32,000 nt of DNA, from the NCBI RefSeq assembly GCF_008065095.1, contig NZ_CP042911.1, positions 4,620,001 to 4,652,000 of the forward strand, read 5' to 3'. The notes beneath the pieces were generated by a model. That model had not been told where the DNA came from. It searched no databases and saw only the letters and a program-made list of their open reading frames with translations. The number at the start of each line of letters is the position of its first letter. The first letter of the stretch is position 1. Below, in pieces: positions 1 through 7,378 of this stretch. Source of the stretch: Gemmata obscuriglobus. GTDB taxonomy: Bacteria; Planctomycetota; Planctomycetia; Gemmatales; Gemmataceae. The position numbers were made by a program, and so were the translations under genes.

Positions 1-2079
1 GTCCACCCGGACGACCTGCCACATACGATGGCCACGTGGGGCGCGGTGCTCCGCACGGGCGAGCCGCACGAGTTCGAGTTCCGGCTGCGCCGCTCGGACG
101 GAGCGTTCCGGTGGCACCTTGCCCGGCAGGTCGCGCTGCGCAGCCCCGACGGAGCGGTCGAGCGCTGGTTCGGCACCTGCACCGACATTCACGACCAAAA
201 GACGACGGCGGAACTGCTGGCCCAGGACGCCCAGGTGCTCGCGCACGTCCGGGACTCGGTCGTCGTAACGGACCCCGACGGGGTCGTGACCTACTGGAAC
301 GCCGGGGCGACGCGGCTGTTCGGGTGGACGGCCCAGGAGATGATCGGCCGCCGCTACTCGGACCGGTTCCCAGCCGAGTTCCGCCCGGAGCTGAGCCGGG
401 AGGTTCGGGCGCGGGCGGACGGGACCGAGTGGCACGGCGAGTACGAGGACCTCCGCAAAGACGGAACACGGGTGTGGGTCCACGCGCGGGTGGGGCCGAT
501 CCGGGACGCCGCCGGGCGGGTGTGCGGGGTCCTCGGGCTGGCGTCCGACCTGACCGACCGCAAGCGGGCCGAGGAGTCGCTCGCCGCGGTGATGCGGAGC
601 GTGGCCGACGCGATCGTTACCATCGACGAGCGCGGCACGATCGTCTCCGTGAACCCGGCCACCGAGCGCCTGTTCAACTACACCGCTGACGAACTGGTCG
701 GCCGGAACGTGCGGGTTCTGGTGTCCGAACCGCCTCGCGGGCGTCACGACAGCTATTTGGAGGATCATTTCGGCACCGGCGTGTCCAGTCTCATCGGCGT
801 GGGGCGCGAGGTGGAAGGGCGGCGCAAGGACGGCACCACCTTCCCGGCCGACCTGTCGGTGACCGAGTTCCGGATCGAGGACGCCCGCCACTTCACAGGC
901 GTGGTGCGCGACGTGACCGAGCGCAAGCGGTTGGAGGCCCAGTTCCGTCAGGCGCAAAAGATGGAGGCAGTGGGGCGCCTGGCGGGCGGGGTGGCGCACG
1001 ACTTCAACAACCTCCTCACCGTCATCAACGGGTACACCGACCTGCTCCTCGGCGGTCCGCTCGCCGAGAACGACCGGGCCGCGCTGGCGGCGGTCCGCGA
1101 CGCCGGCGAGCGCGCCGCCGGGCTCACGTCCCAGCTCCTGGCGTTCAGCCGCAAGGCGATCGTCGCGCCCCAGGTGCTCGACCTGAAAGAGGTGGTGGCG
1201 CAGGCCGAGCGGTTGCTCCGCCGGCTGATCGGCGAGGACGTGGCGCTCACCGTAACGTCCCACGCGGGGCCGTGCTGGATCGAGGCGGACCTGAACCAGC
1301 TCGACCAGGTGATCATGAACCTCGCGGTCAACGCCCGCGACGCGATGCCCACCGGCGGGCGGCTCACGTTCGAGACGCGCCGGATCCCGGTCGCGCCGGG
1401 CAGCTCGACCGACTCGGGGGAGCTGCGCGCCGGGTGGTACGTGAGCCTGGCCGTGCGCGACACGGGGTGCGGGATGTCCAACGAGGTGAAGGCCCGGCTC
1501 TTCGAACCGTTCTTCACCACCAAGGGGCCTGGTAAAGGCACCGGCCTGGGGCTCGCCGTGGTTCACGGCATCGTCAAACAGGCCGGGGGGCACATCTGGG
1601 CCGAAAGCGCGCCCGGAGCCGGCACCACGTTCCACATCCTGTTCCCCGAGGCCCCGGCGCCGACCGGGCCGGGCGAATCGGCGATCGGCGAGGCCCTCCG
1701 GCCCGGGACCGAGACGGTCCTGCTCGTCGAGGACGAGGACGCGGTTCGCTCGCTCTGCAGTCTCGTGCTCGAGGCCCAAGGGTACACCGTACTCCCCGCC
1801 GCGGACGGCCGGGCCGCGCTGGCTGCAATCGCGGGGCGGCGGGACCGCATCCACCTTCTGGTCACCGACGTCGTGATGCCCGAGATGAGCGGCCGGGCAC
1901 TGGCGGACGCGGTGCGGACGTTACAGCCGGACGCCCGGGTGCTGTTCATCAGCGGGTACACCGACGACGCGGTCGTGCGGCACGGGGTGCGGGGCGAGGC
2001 CGATGCGTTTCTCCAGAAGCCCTTTACTCCCCTCGGGCTGGCGCGCAAGGTTCGGGCCGTGCTCGACGGCGCGCCGTGA
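1..2079 (+). CDS. Hybrid sensor histidine kinase / response regulator with tandem PAS domains (5' end cut by window edge)
   Basis: The frame is open from base 1 (VHPDDLPHT precedes the Met at 28), so the gene starts upstream of the window. PAS/PAC-like blocks occur three times (FRWHLARQ..WFGTCTDIHDQK; VVTYWNAGATRLFGW; IVSVNPATERLFNY). Kinase motifs: H-box HDFNNLLTVINGY, N-box NLAVNARDAM, G-boxes DTGCGM and GTGLGLAVV. A C-terminal receiver follows (LLVEDEDAVR, DVVMPEMSG, QKPF). Confidence 0.93.
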   Translation, partial: VHPDDLPHTMATWGAVLRTGEPHEFEFRLRRSDGAFRWHLARQVALRSPDGAVERWFGTCTDIHDQKTTAELLAQDAQVLAHVRDSVVVTDPDGVVTYWNAGATRLFGWTAQEMIGRRYSDRFPAEFRPELSREVRARADGTEWHGEYEDLRKDGTRVWVHARVGPIRDAAGRVCGVLGLASDLTDRKRAEESLAAVMRSVADAIVTIDERGTIVSVNPATERLFNYTADELVGRNVRVLVSEPPRGRHDSYLEDHFGTGVSSLIGVGREVEGRRKDGTTFPADLSVTEFRIEDARHFTGVVRDVTERKRLEAQFRQAQKMEAVGRLAGGVAHDFNNLLTVINGYTDLLLGGPLAENDRAALAAVRDAGERAAGLTSQLLAFSRKAIVAPQVLDLKEVVAQAERLLRRLIGEDVALTVTSHAGPCWIEADLNQLDQVIMNLAVNARDAMPTGGRLTFETRRIPVAPGSSTDSGELRAGWYVSLAVRDTGCGMSNEVKARLFEPFFTTKGPGKGTGLGLAVVHGIVKQAGGHIWAESAPGAGTTFHILFPEAPAPTGPGESAIGEALRPGTETVLLVEDEDAVRSLCSLVLEAQGYTVLPAADGRAALAAIAGRRDRIHLLVTDVVMPEMSGRALADAVRTLQPDARVLFISGYTDDAVVRHGVRGEADAFLQKPFTPLGLARKVRAVLDGAP

Positions 2080-2214
2080 CGCTCGTGGCTGTCCGAGACA
2101 AACCGGCGACGGCTACCGGGGCTTGCTTGTGCCTGCAGTGGTTCGGGTCGCGAGTGCGCTCCCCTCGCCTTGCGCCCGGCCCCTTCCAAATTGTTGAAAT
2201 TTAAAGCGCACCTC

Positions 2215-2234
2215 GATTTACGCCCGTGTAAATC
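2215..2234. promoter_or_regulatory. Perfect inverted repeat GATTTAC-N6-GTAAATC in an AT-rich patch upstream of the SRPBCC gene (candidate operator)
   Basis: Read directly: GATTTAC at 2215-2221, spacer gcccgt, GTAAATC at 2228-2234. It sits in the only AT-rich stretch (about 2185-2260) of the 2080-2352 intergenic region, next to TTGAAA at 2194-2199. Confidence 0.25.
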
Positions 2235-2352
2235 ACGTTTTAGACTGCAAAAGCGCTCAAATCTGTTCCCTGCGTACTCTCCGGATTCGGTTACGGCATT
2301 TCGATTGCTCTCGTTCACGCGGGCGGAATTGCACTTCAACCGAGGGCCGCAA

Positions 2353-3135
2353 GTGGCAACAACCCTTTTAGCTGCCGCCGCAAAGTCTGCGGCCGGGACT
2401 GGTTCTTTAGTCGCACGCACTGTCAATAAGCTCCCACAGGTACGCACCAACGTCAGCAGCAACGAGCGCTGGCTCTCGCTCGCGGCCGGTGGCACCCTCG
2501 CCGCGCTCGGACTTACCGGGCGCACGCCGGTGCTCGCGTCTGCGCTCGTTGGAGCGGGGTTGATCTACCGCGGCGTTACCGGGAACTGCGCGCTGTACCA
2601 GGCTCTTGGGGTCAGTACCTCCGATTCGACGAAACCTCAAACAGCGATCGCCGGCGGGCACGGAACCCGGGTCGAACACGCCATTACGGTCAACAAACCG
2701 GTTCAAGAGGTCTACCGGTTCTGGCGCGATTTCGAGAACCTGCCCACGTTCATGACGCACCTGATCGACGTGAACACCAGCACCGATGGCCGCTCGCACT
2801 GGATCGCACGCGGCCCGCTCGGGATCACCGTCGAGTGGGAGGCGGAACTCGTCACTGATCGGCCCAACCAGGTCATCGCGTGGCGCTCGCTCGACGGTGC
2901 CGATGTGGACACCGCCGGATCGGTTCACTTCGCCGAACTGCCACACGGGCGGGGCACCGAGGTGCGGGTCGCCCTCAAGTACGACCCGCCGGGTGGGAAA
3001 CTCGGCACCGCCGTTGCCAAACTCATCGGCCAGTCGCCGGCCGCACAGATCAAGGCCGACATGCGCCGCTTCAAGCAGCTTCTGGAGGCCGGTGAGATCC
3101 CCACCACCGATGGGCAGCCCCACGGTCAGCGCTGA
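2353..3135 (+). CDS. SRPBCC (cyclase/dehydrase-like) protein with N-terminal DUF2892/YgaP-like membrane segment
   Basis: Part of ORF 2170..3135. N-terminal motif [17 protein letters not shown]...[19 protein letters not shown] is DUF2892-like. The following block [25 protein letters not shown]...[18 protein letters not shown] is SRPBCC/cyclase-dehydrase-like. The track start at 2170 is a TTG in a low-complexity leader. I prefer the GTG at 2353, with GAGGG about 8 nt upstream. The start is uncertain. Confidence 0.8.
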   Translation: MATTLLAAAAKSAAGTGSLVARTVNKLPQVRTNVSSNERWLSLAAGGTLAALGLTGRTPVLASALVGAGLIYRGVTGNCALYQALGVSTSDSTKPQTAIAGGHGTRVEHAITVNKPVQEVYRFWRDFENLPTFMTHLIDVNTSTDGRSHWIARGPLGITVEWEAELVTDRPNQVIAWRSLDGADVDTAGSVHFAELPHGRGTEVRVALKYDPPGGKLGTAVAKLIGQSPAAQIKADMRRFKQLLEAGEIPTTDGQPHGQR

Positions 3136-3202
3136 AGGACAGGGCCGGGCGTCCGCTGACGGCGCCGATTTCAAGCTTTCCGATCCCATACGAGGAACCT
3201 CA

Positions 3203-4372
3203 ATGCGTGCTCTCTGTTGGCGCGGGCGAAAGGACGTGGCGGTCGAGCGCGTCCCGGACCCGCAGATCCTTAACCCGCGCGACGCGATCATCCGGATCAC
3301 CACGACCGCCATTTGCGGCTCGGACCTGCACCTTTACGACGGGTACATCCCCACCATGCAGGCGGGGGACATTCTCGGCCACGAGTTCATGGGCGAGGTG
3401 GTCGAAACCGGTCGCGACGTGACGAACCTGAAAAAGGGCGACCGCGTGGTCGTCCCGTTCACGATGGCGTGCGGCGGGTGCTTCTTCTGTAAGAAGCAGT
3501 TCTACTCGCTGTGCGACAACTCGAACCCCAAGGCCGAAATCGCCGAAGCCGTGTACGGGTACTCCGGCAGCGGGCTGTTCGGGTACTCGCATATGCTGGG
3601 CGGGTTTGCCGGCGGGCAGGCCGAGTTCGTTCGCGTGCCCTTTGCCGATGTCGGGCCGATCAAGGTGCCCGACCACCTGCCCGACGAGCAGGTGCTGTTC
3701 CTGTCGGACATCTTCCCGACCGGGTACATGGCGGCCGAGAACTGTAACATCGAACCCGGTGACACCGTCGCCGTTTGGGGGTGCGGGCCGGTCGGCCTGT
3801 TCGCCATCAAGAGTGCGTTCCTCCTTGGAGCGCAGCGCGTCATCGGCATCGATTCCGTCGAGGGGCGGTTGAAGAAGGCCCGCGAACTGTGCGGCGCCGA
3901 AACCGTCAACTTCGAGCACGTCGATCTGCTGCGCACGCTCGACGAGATGACCGCCGGGCGCGGGCCGGACGCGTGCATCGACGCCGTGGGTCTGGAGTCG
4001 CACGGAAACGGGATCGCCGGGTTCTACGACCGCATCAAGACCGCCACCTACATGGCGACCGACCGGCCGACGGCGCTGCGGATGGCGATCATGGCCTGCC
4101 GGAAGGGCGGGACCGTCTCCATCCCGGGCGTGTACGGCGGGCTGCTGGACAAGCTCCCGATGGGAGCCGCGTTCGCAAAGGGCCTCACATTCAAGATGGG
4201 CCAGACGCACGTCCACAAGTACCTCAAGCCCCTGATGGCCCGGATCGAAAAGGGCGACATCGACCCCTCGTTCGTCATCACGCACCGGTACAACCTGTCG
4301 CAAGCGGCCGAGGCGTACAAGGAGTTCTCCACTCAGCAGGACGAGTGCGTGAAGGTGGTTTTGAAGCCGTAA
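3203..4372 (+). CDS. Zn-dependent alcohol dehydrogenase family protein (glutathione-independent formaldehyde dehydrogenase-like, COG1063 type)
   Basis: ATG at 3203 is preceded by GAGGAA. Motifs: [18 protein letters not shown], structural-zinc block [15 protein letters not shown], Rossmann [11 protein letters not shown]. The upstream part of ORF 2786..4372 overlaps the SRPBCC gene in another frame and is spurious. Confidence 0.92.
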   Translation: MRALCWRGRKDVAVERVPDPQILNPRDAIIRITTTAICGSDLHLYDGYIPTMQAGDILGHEFMGEVVETGRDVTNLKKGDRVVVPFTMACGGCFFCKKQFYSLCDNSNPKAEIAEAVYGYSGSGLFGYSHMLGGFAGGQAEFVRVPFADVGPIKVPDHLPDEQVLFLSDIFPTGYMAAENCNIEPGDTVAVWGCGPVGLFAIKSAFLLGAQRVIGIDSVEGRLKKARELCGAETVNFEHVDLLRTLDEMTAGRGPDACIDAVGLESHGNGIAGFYDRIKTATYMATDRPTALRMAIMACRKGGTVSIPGVYGGLLDKLPMGAAFAKGLTFKMGQTHVHKYLKPLMARIEKGDIDPSFVITHRYNLSQAAEAYKEFSTQQDECVKVVLKP

Positions 4373-4444
4373 TCGAATGTTCCGCCCGCGCGGCACCGGG
4401 ATGCCTCCCGGTGCCGTACCGTTTTTGAAACCTCTTGGAGAGCC

Positions 4445-5926
4445 ATGAGCGAACACAACGCCGTGATGATGCAGTTCTTTCATTGGTACACGACCGGCGA
4501 CGGTACGTTCTGGAACGAGGTCGCGCGGCGGGCGAGTGAGCTGGCCGCCGCCGGAATCGACGCGCTGTGGCTTCCGCCCGCGTCGAAGGGAACACACGGC
4601 ACCAGTGACGTTGGGTACGGGGTGTACGACCTGTACGACCTCGGCGAGTTCGATCAGAAAGGAACGGTACGCACCAAGTACGGCACCAAGGATGAGTACC
4701 TCGCCGCCGTCAAATCGCTTCAGGCCGCAGGAATTCGTGTCTATGCAGACATCGTTCTGAACCACCGGCTCGGGGCCGACGGGTTCGAAACCGTGCGCGC
4801 CACACCGTTCTCGGTGGACGACCGGCGCAACCCGAAGGGGGAGCCGCGGGAGATCCGCGCGGCCACCTCGTTCACCTTCCCCGGGCGAAACAAGACCTAC
4901 TCCGACTTCACATGGAGCTGGCGCCACTTCGACGGGTGCGACTACGACGACAACAACCCCGACGACCGCGGCACGGTGTACCTGTTCGACGGCAAGCAGT
5001 GGGACGACCGGGTGTCGCTGGAGTTCGGCAGCTACGCATTTCTGATGGGTGCCGACCTGGATTTCGAGTCCCAAGAGGTGAACGACGAACTGAACCGCTG
5101 GGGCCAGTGGTTCGTGAACACGACCGGGGTGGACGGGTTCCGGTTCGATGCGGTGAAGCACATCTCCGCGCCGATCTTCCCGGCGTGGCTCGAACACATG
5201 CGGGCGCACACGAAGAAAGAGCTGTTCACGGTCGCTGAGTACTGGTCCGGGAACCTGGCCGAACTGCACTGGTTCCTGAACGAGGCCGGCCCGCTGTTTA
5301 CCGCGTTCGATGTCCCCCTGCACTACAACTTTCACGCGGCCAGCCAGTCGCACGGGCAGTACGACATGCGGCGGCTGTTCGACGGCAGTTTGGTTAAGGA
5401 GCGGCCGATTCAGGCGGTGACGTTCGTCACCAACCATGACTCCCAACCGCTCCAGTCGCTCGAATCGGTGGTGGAGCCCTGGTTCGTGCCTCTGGCGTAT
5501 GCCGCGATCCTGCTCCGCCGCGACGGATACCCGTGCCTCTTCTACCCCGACTACTACGGAGCGGAGTACGAAGACCTCGGACGCGACGGGAACCGACACA
5601 AGGTCGTGATGCCGTCGCACCGGGTGCTGCTCGACGTGTTTTTGAAGGCCCGCAAGGAGTACGGACACGGCGAGCAGATCGACTACTTCGACCACTGGAA
5701 CCGGATCGGCTGGGTGCGCCTCGGCAACGAACAGCACCCGAAGGCGATGGCGGTGCTGATGAGCGACGGCCCGGAAGGGACGAAATGGATGGGCACCAAC
5801 CGGCCCGAAGGAACGAAGTTCCGCGACGCGACCAAGCACATTGAGGATCCGGTCACGGTCAACGCCGGAGGGTTTGGCGAGTTTCGGTGCAAGGGCGGGT
5901 CCGTGTCTGTCTGGGTGCAGGAATGA
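4445..5926 (+). CDS. Alpha-amylase, glycoside hydrolase family 13, no signal peptide (cytoplasmic type)
   Basis: GGAGAG lies just upstream of the ATG. N-terminus MMQFFHWY. GH13 conserved regions: DIVLNH, GFRFDAVKHI, FTVAEYW, FVTNHDSQ. Confidence 0.93.
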   Translation: MSEHNAVMMQFFHWYTTGDGTFWNEVARRASELAAAGIDALWLPPASKGTHGTSDVGYGVYDLYDLGEFDQKGTVRTKYGTKDEYLAAVKSLQAAGIRVYADIVLNHRLGADGFETVRATPFSVDDRRNPKGEPREIRAATSFTFPGRNKTYSDFTWSWRHFDGCDYDDNNPDDRGTVYLFDGKQWDDRVSLEFGSYAFLMGADLDFESQEVNDELNRWGQWFVNTTGVDGFRFDAVKHISAPIFPAWLEHMRAHTKKELFTVAEYWSGNLAELHWFLNEAGPLFTAFDVPLHYNFHAASQSHGQYDMRRLFDGSLVKERPIQAVTFVTNHDSQPLQSLESVVEPWFVPLAYAAILLRRDGYPCLFYPDYYGAEYEDLGRDGNRHKVVMPSHRVLLDVFLKARKEYGHGEQIDYFDHWNRIGWVRLGNEQHPKAMAVLMSDGPEGTKWMGTNRPEGTKFRDATKHIEDPVTVNAGGFGEFRCKGGSVSVWVQE

Positions 5927-5947
5927 TCTCGTAATGCGTTCTGCAAA

Positions 5948-5980
5948 GACCAGCCCCGTCGGCAGAGGACGGGGCTGGTC
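5948..5980 (+). terminator. GC-rich hairpin downstream of the alpha-amylase gene
   Basis: Perfect 13-bp stem, GACCAGCCCCGTC (5948-5960) pairing with GACGGGGCTGGTC (5968-5980), with a 7-nt loop. It starts 22 nt after the stop codon. There is no U-tract, as is common in high-GC genomes. Confidence 0.6.
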
Positions 5981-6157
5981 GGCTGCTGCAAAGGACTCGC
6001 CACCACGCGGCCTTGACCCTCTGGCGATTTGGGTTGCACTGTCACAGTTGGCCGCGTTCTTTCGCATATAAGTCATTTCCCCAAATTAACTTATGTCCAG
6101 ATTCTTCGCTGCTGCTGAAGTTGCTACCTGCCGATCACGTGGTCCGTTTCTGCGGGA

Positions 6158-6194
6158 TTTGCGGGCGATTCGTGGGGAGCGAATCGCCCGCAAA
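6158..6194. other. Perfect 15-bp-stem hairpin at the start of the GGTAGC-rich region
   Basis: TTTGCGGGCGATTCG (6158-6172), loop tggggag, CGAATCGCCCGCAAA (6180-6194). It is immediately followed by CTGGTAGT at 6195. Confidence 0.6.
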
Positions 6195-6196
6195 CT

Positions 6197-6635
6197 GGTA
6201 GTTCCCAGGTAGCTCGAAGGGGATCGAACTGCCACTTCCGAGCCCGCTCGTGCCCCAATTGAAGCCGCTGTAACCCCCGTTACACTTCACGCTTCCCGAT
6301 TTGCTGGATCTTGAATCGGTAAGCGTCTGCGGATTGTGCGAGTAGGGCGTGGGTAGCGAACCGGTAGCTCGGTGGGTAGCGAAATGTCACTGGTCTGCCC
6401 GTGAATGTCCATCTGGTAGCCCCTTTGAAGTTCACTGTAACCCCCGTCACACCCTCAGCCCCGAAATCCGAAGGGGCGCACTCGCCAGTCCCAAACCGGT
6501 CACTTCTGGGTAGCCCGGGGGCAGCGAACCCCCAGTTTTCCGCACTGGCGGGTAACAGCCGCGGCCGCTCAGCGGGAGTTCGCGGGTAGCAAACGACAGC
6601 GAATGGGAATGGTCTGCCAGCAGGGATCCCATCTG
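6197..6635 (+). repeat. Noncoding repeat region: same-strand GGTAGC hexamer cluster plus shuffled duplicated modules
   Basis: Exact GGTAGC at 6208, 6352, 6363, 6375, 6415, 6509 and 6585. Variants: GGTAGT at 6197, GGTAAG at 6318, GGTAAC at 6551. Duplicated modules: CTGTAACCCCCGT core (within 6259-6285 and 6425-6452), CGAAGGGG core (6214-6239 and 6468-6492), TGGTCTGCC...CCATCTG (6381-6415 and 6601-6635). Confidence 0.7.
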
Positions 6636-6756
6636 CGTGCTTCACAGCCCGCGACCAGCACCACACATCAGAAAGCGATCAGCGGTGCCGGGCAGGGTAA
6701 AGACGGTTGATAGCACCTCAGCAGACGGCCGTGGTTGTGCGGCGTGTTTTGACGAG

Positions 6757-6807
6757 CCGCGACCGCCAAGGGAGCGGGATACGTATCCAACTACATGGCG
6801 GTCGCGG
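6757..6807. other. 12-bp perfect stem enclosing a 12-nt perfect palindrome (nested hairpin)
   Basis: CCGCGACCGCCA (6757-6768) pairs with TGGCGGTCGCGG (6796-6807). The loop contains the palindrome GGATACGTATCC (6777-6788). Confidence 0.6.
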
Positions 6808-7146
6808 GTCGTCTTCAAACGGCCTCGGCTACATGCTTAGACGCCTCCCTCATGGCTCGCGCGCCCCACACTACGCTACTGATGGCAAGGCGAGCACCGC
6901 GCAGCGCAACTGGCGGGGTCGTGTCGATTGACTGCGGCGCCTGGTCGGCGGTCGTTGGCGTGGTTGGATCAGCCCGGTAGCGGGTTCGTGAGGTAACGTA
7001 TTCCCGCCGACGGTTCAACAGGTAGAGGTTATCGACCCGCCGACTGAAGCTGGCGGGTGAGGACAATACTGGCGACGGGAAACGAATAGACCAAGTCGTG
7101 AGAGCGTGAATATCGGGCAACTGAACGCACACCAGAAGAAACCCGT

Positions 7147-7371
7147 TCAACTGCTCTGGTTCGTATCGTCGGACGGTTTGTTCCGACCGGCGCGGCGGTC
7201 CTCGTCGGCCCTCCGCTGTCGGTCGCCGGTCGGCTCGTTGTCGTATGGCGAGCTGTCGGCGCCGCCGGCGGCCTCGTCCACGCCGTGCGGGTGCGGGCCA
7301 TACGGACTGGTCGGCGGGTCACCCGGCTCGCCCTTCTTCTTGGTCGTGCTCTCGTCGGTATCGGGGTTCAT
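7147..7371 (-). CDS. Small hydrophilic, probably disordered hypothetical protein (74 aa)
   Basis: The ATG lies 7 nt downstream of the SDR stop codon, allowing translational coupling. Third codon positions are strongly G/C, like the supported genes. The sequence has no Leu/Ile/Phe/Trp/Cys, with 16 Asp/Glu, 10 Lys/Arg and 10 Pro. I recognise no family. Confidence 0.5.
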   Translation of the reverse strand: MNPDTDESTTKKKGEPGDPPTSPYGPHPHGVDEAAGGADSSPYDNEPTGDRQRRADEDRRAGRNKPSDDTNQSS

Positions 7372-7378
7372 GGGGGTC

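Noticed and set aside
3200-6076. 958-aa ORF on the minus strand spanning the ADH gene, the intergenic spacer and the amylase gene
   Set aside because: Its codons are exactly aligned (same coordinate phase, mod 3 = 2) with the plus-strand ADH (3203) and amylase (4445) codons. In high-GC3 genes the reverse complements of stop codons (TTA, CTA, TCA) are rare, so this antisense frame stays open by composition alone. The translation is low-complexity (V/R/G/H/P-rich) with no recognisable motif, whereas both sense genes have full catalytic signatures.
6517-6533. tRNA-like T-arm (GGGGG-CAGCGAA-CCCCC; the minus strand reads GGGGG-TTCGCTG-CCCCC followed by GGGCTACCCA)
   Set aside because: The loop lacks the conserved A58 position of TTCRANY. 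No matching 5' acceptor strand (GTAGCCC), D-arm or anticodon arm can be placed in the preceding 70 nt.
6197-6590. Recoded gene with in-frame TAG read-through (pyrrolysine-like or suppressor) explaining the GGTAGC motif
   Set aside because: The TAG triplets at 6210, 6354, 6365, 6377, 6417, 6511 and 6587 fall in all three phases (0,0,2,2,0,1,2). No plus-strand frame gives a plausible protein.
6214-6635. Diversity-generating retroelement template/variable repeat pair
   Set aside because: Differences between the duplicated modules are not adenine-specific. The modules are short and reordered, and there is no reverse transcriptase gene in the window.
6586-6640. tmRNA tag reading frame: GCAAACGAC resembles the start of the E. 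coli tag GCA AAC GAC
   Set aside because: The frame continues for dozens of codons without a stop and lacks a C-terminal ALAA-type ending. No tRNA-Ala-like acceptor or T-arm is present nearby.
6280-6666. 128-aa minus-strand ORF inside the GGTAGC region as a possible real gene
   Set aside because: Third-position G+C is clearly lower than in all supported genes. It uses rare TTA/CTA/AGA codons and has no start context or motif. The GGTAGC copies are read in different frames, so they do not encode a repeated peptide.
6540-6720. RNase P RNA: GGTAAC/GGTAGC motifs and CAGGGTAAAGACGGT resemble parts of bacterial RNase P RNA (GGTAACAG, GGGTGAAA..GGTG)
   Set aside because: The universally conserved GAGGAAAGTCCGGGC block and the ACAGAA.CCGGCTTA block are absent on both strands. 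The resemblance is limited to short G/A-rich words.
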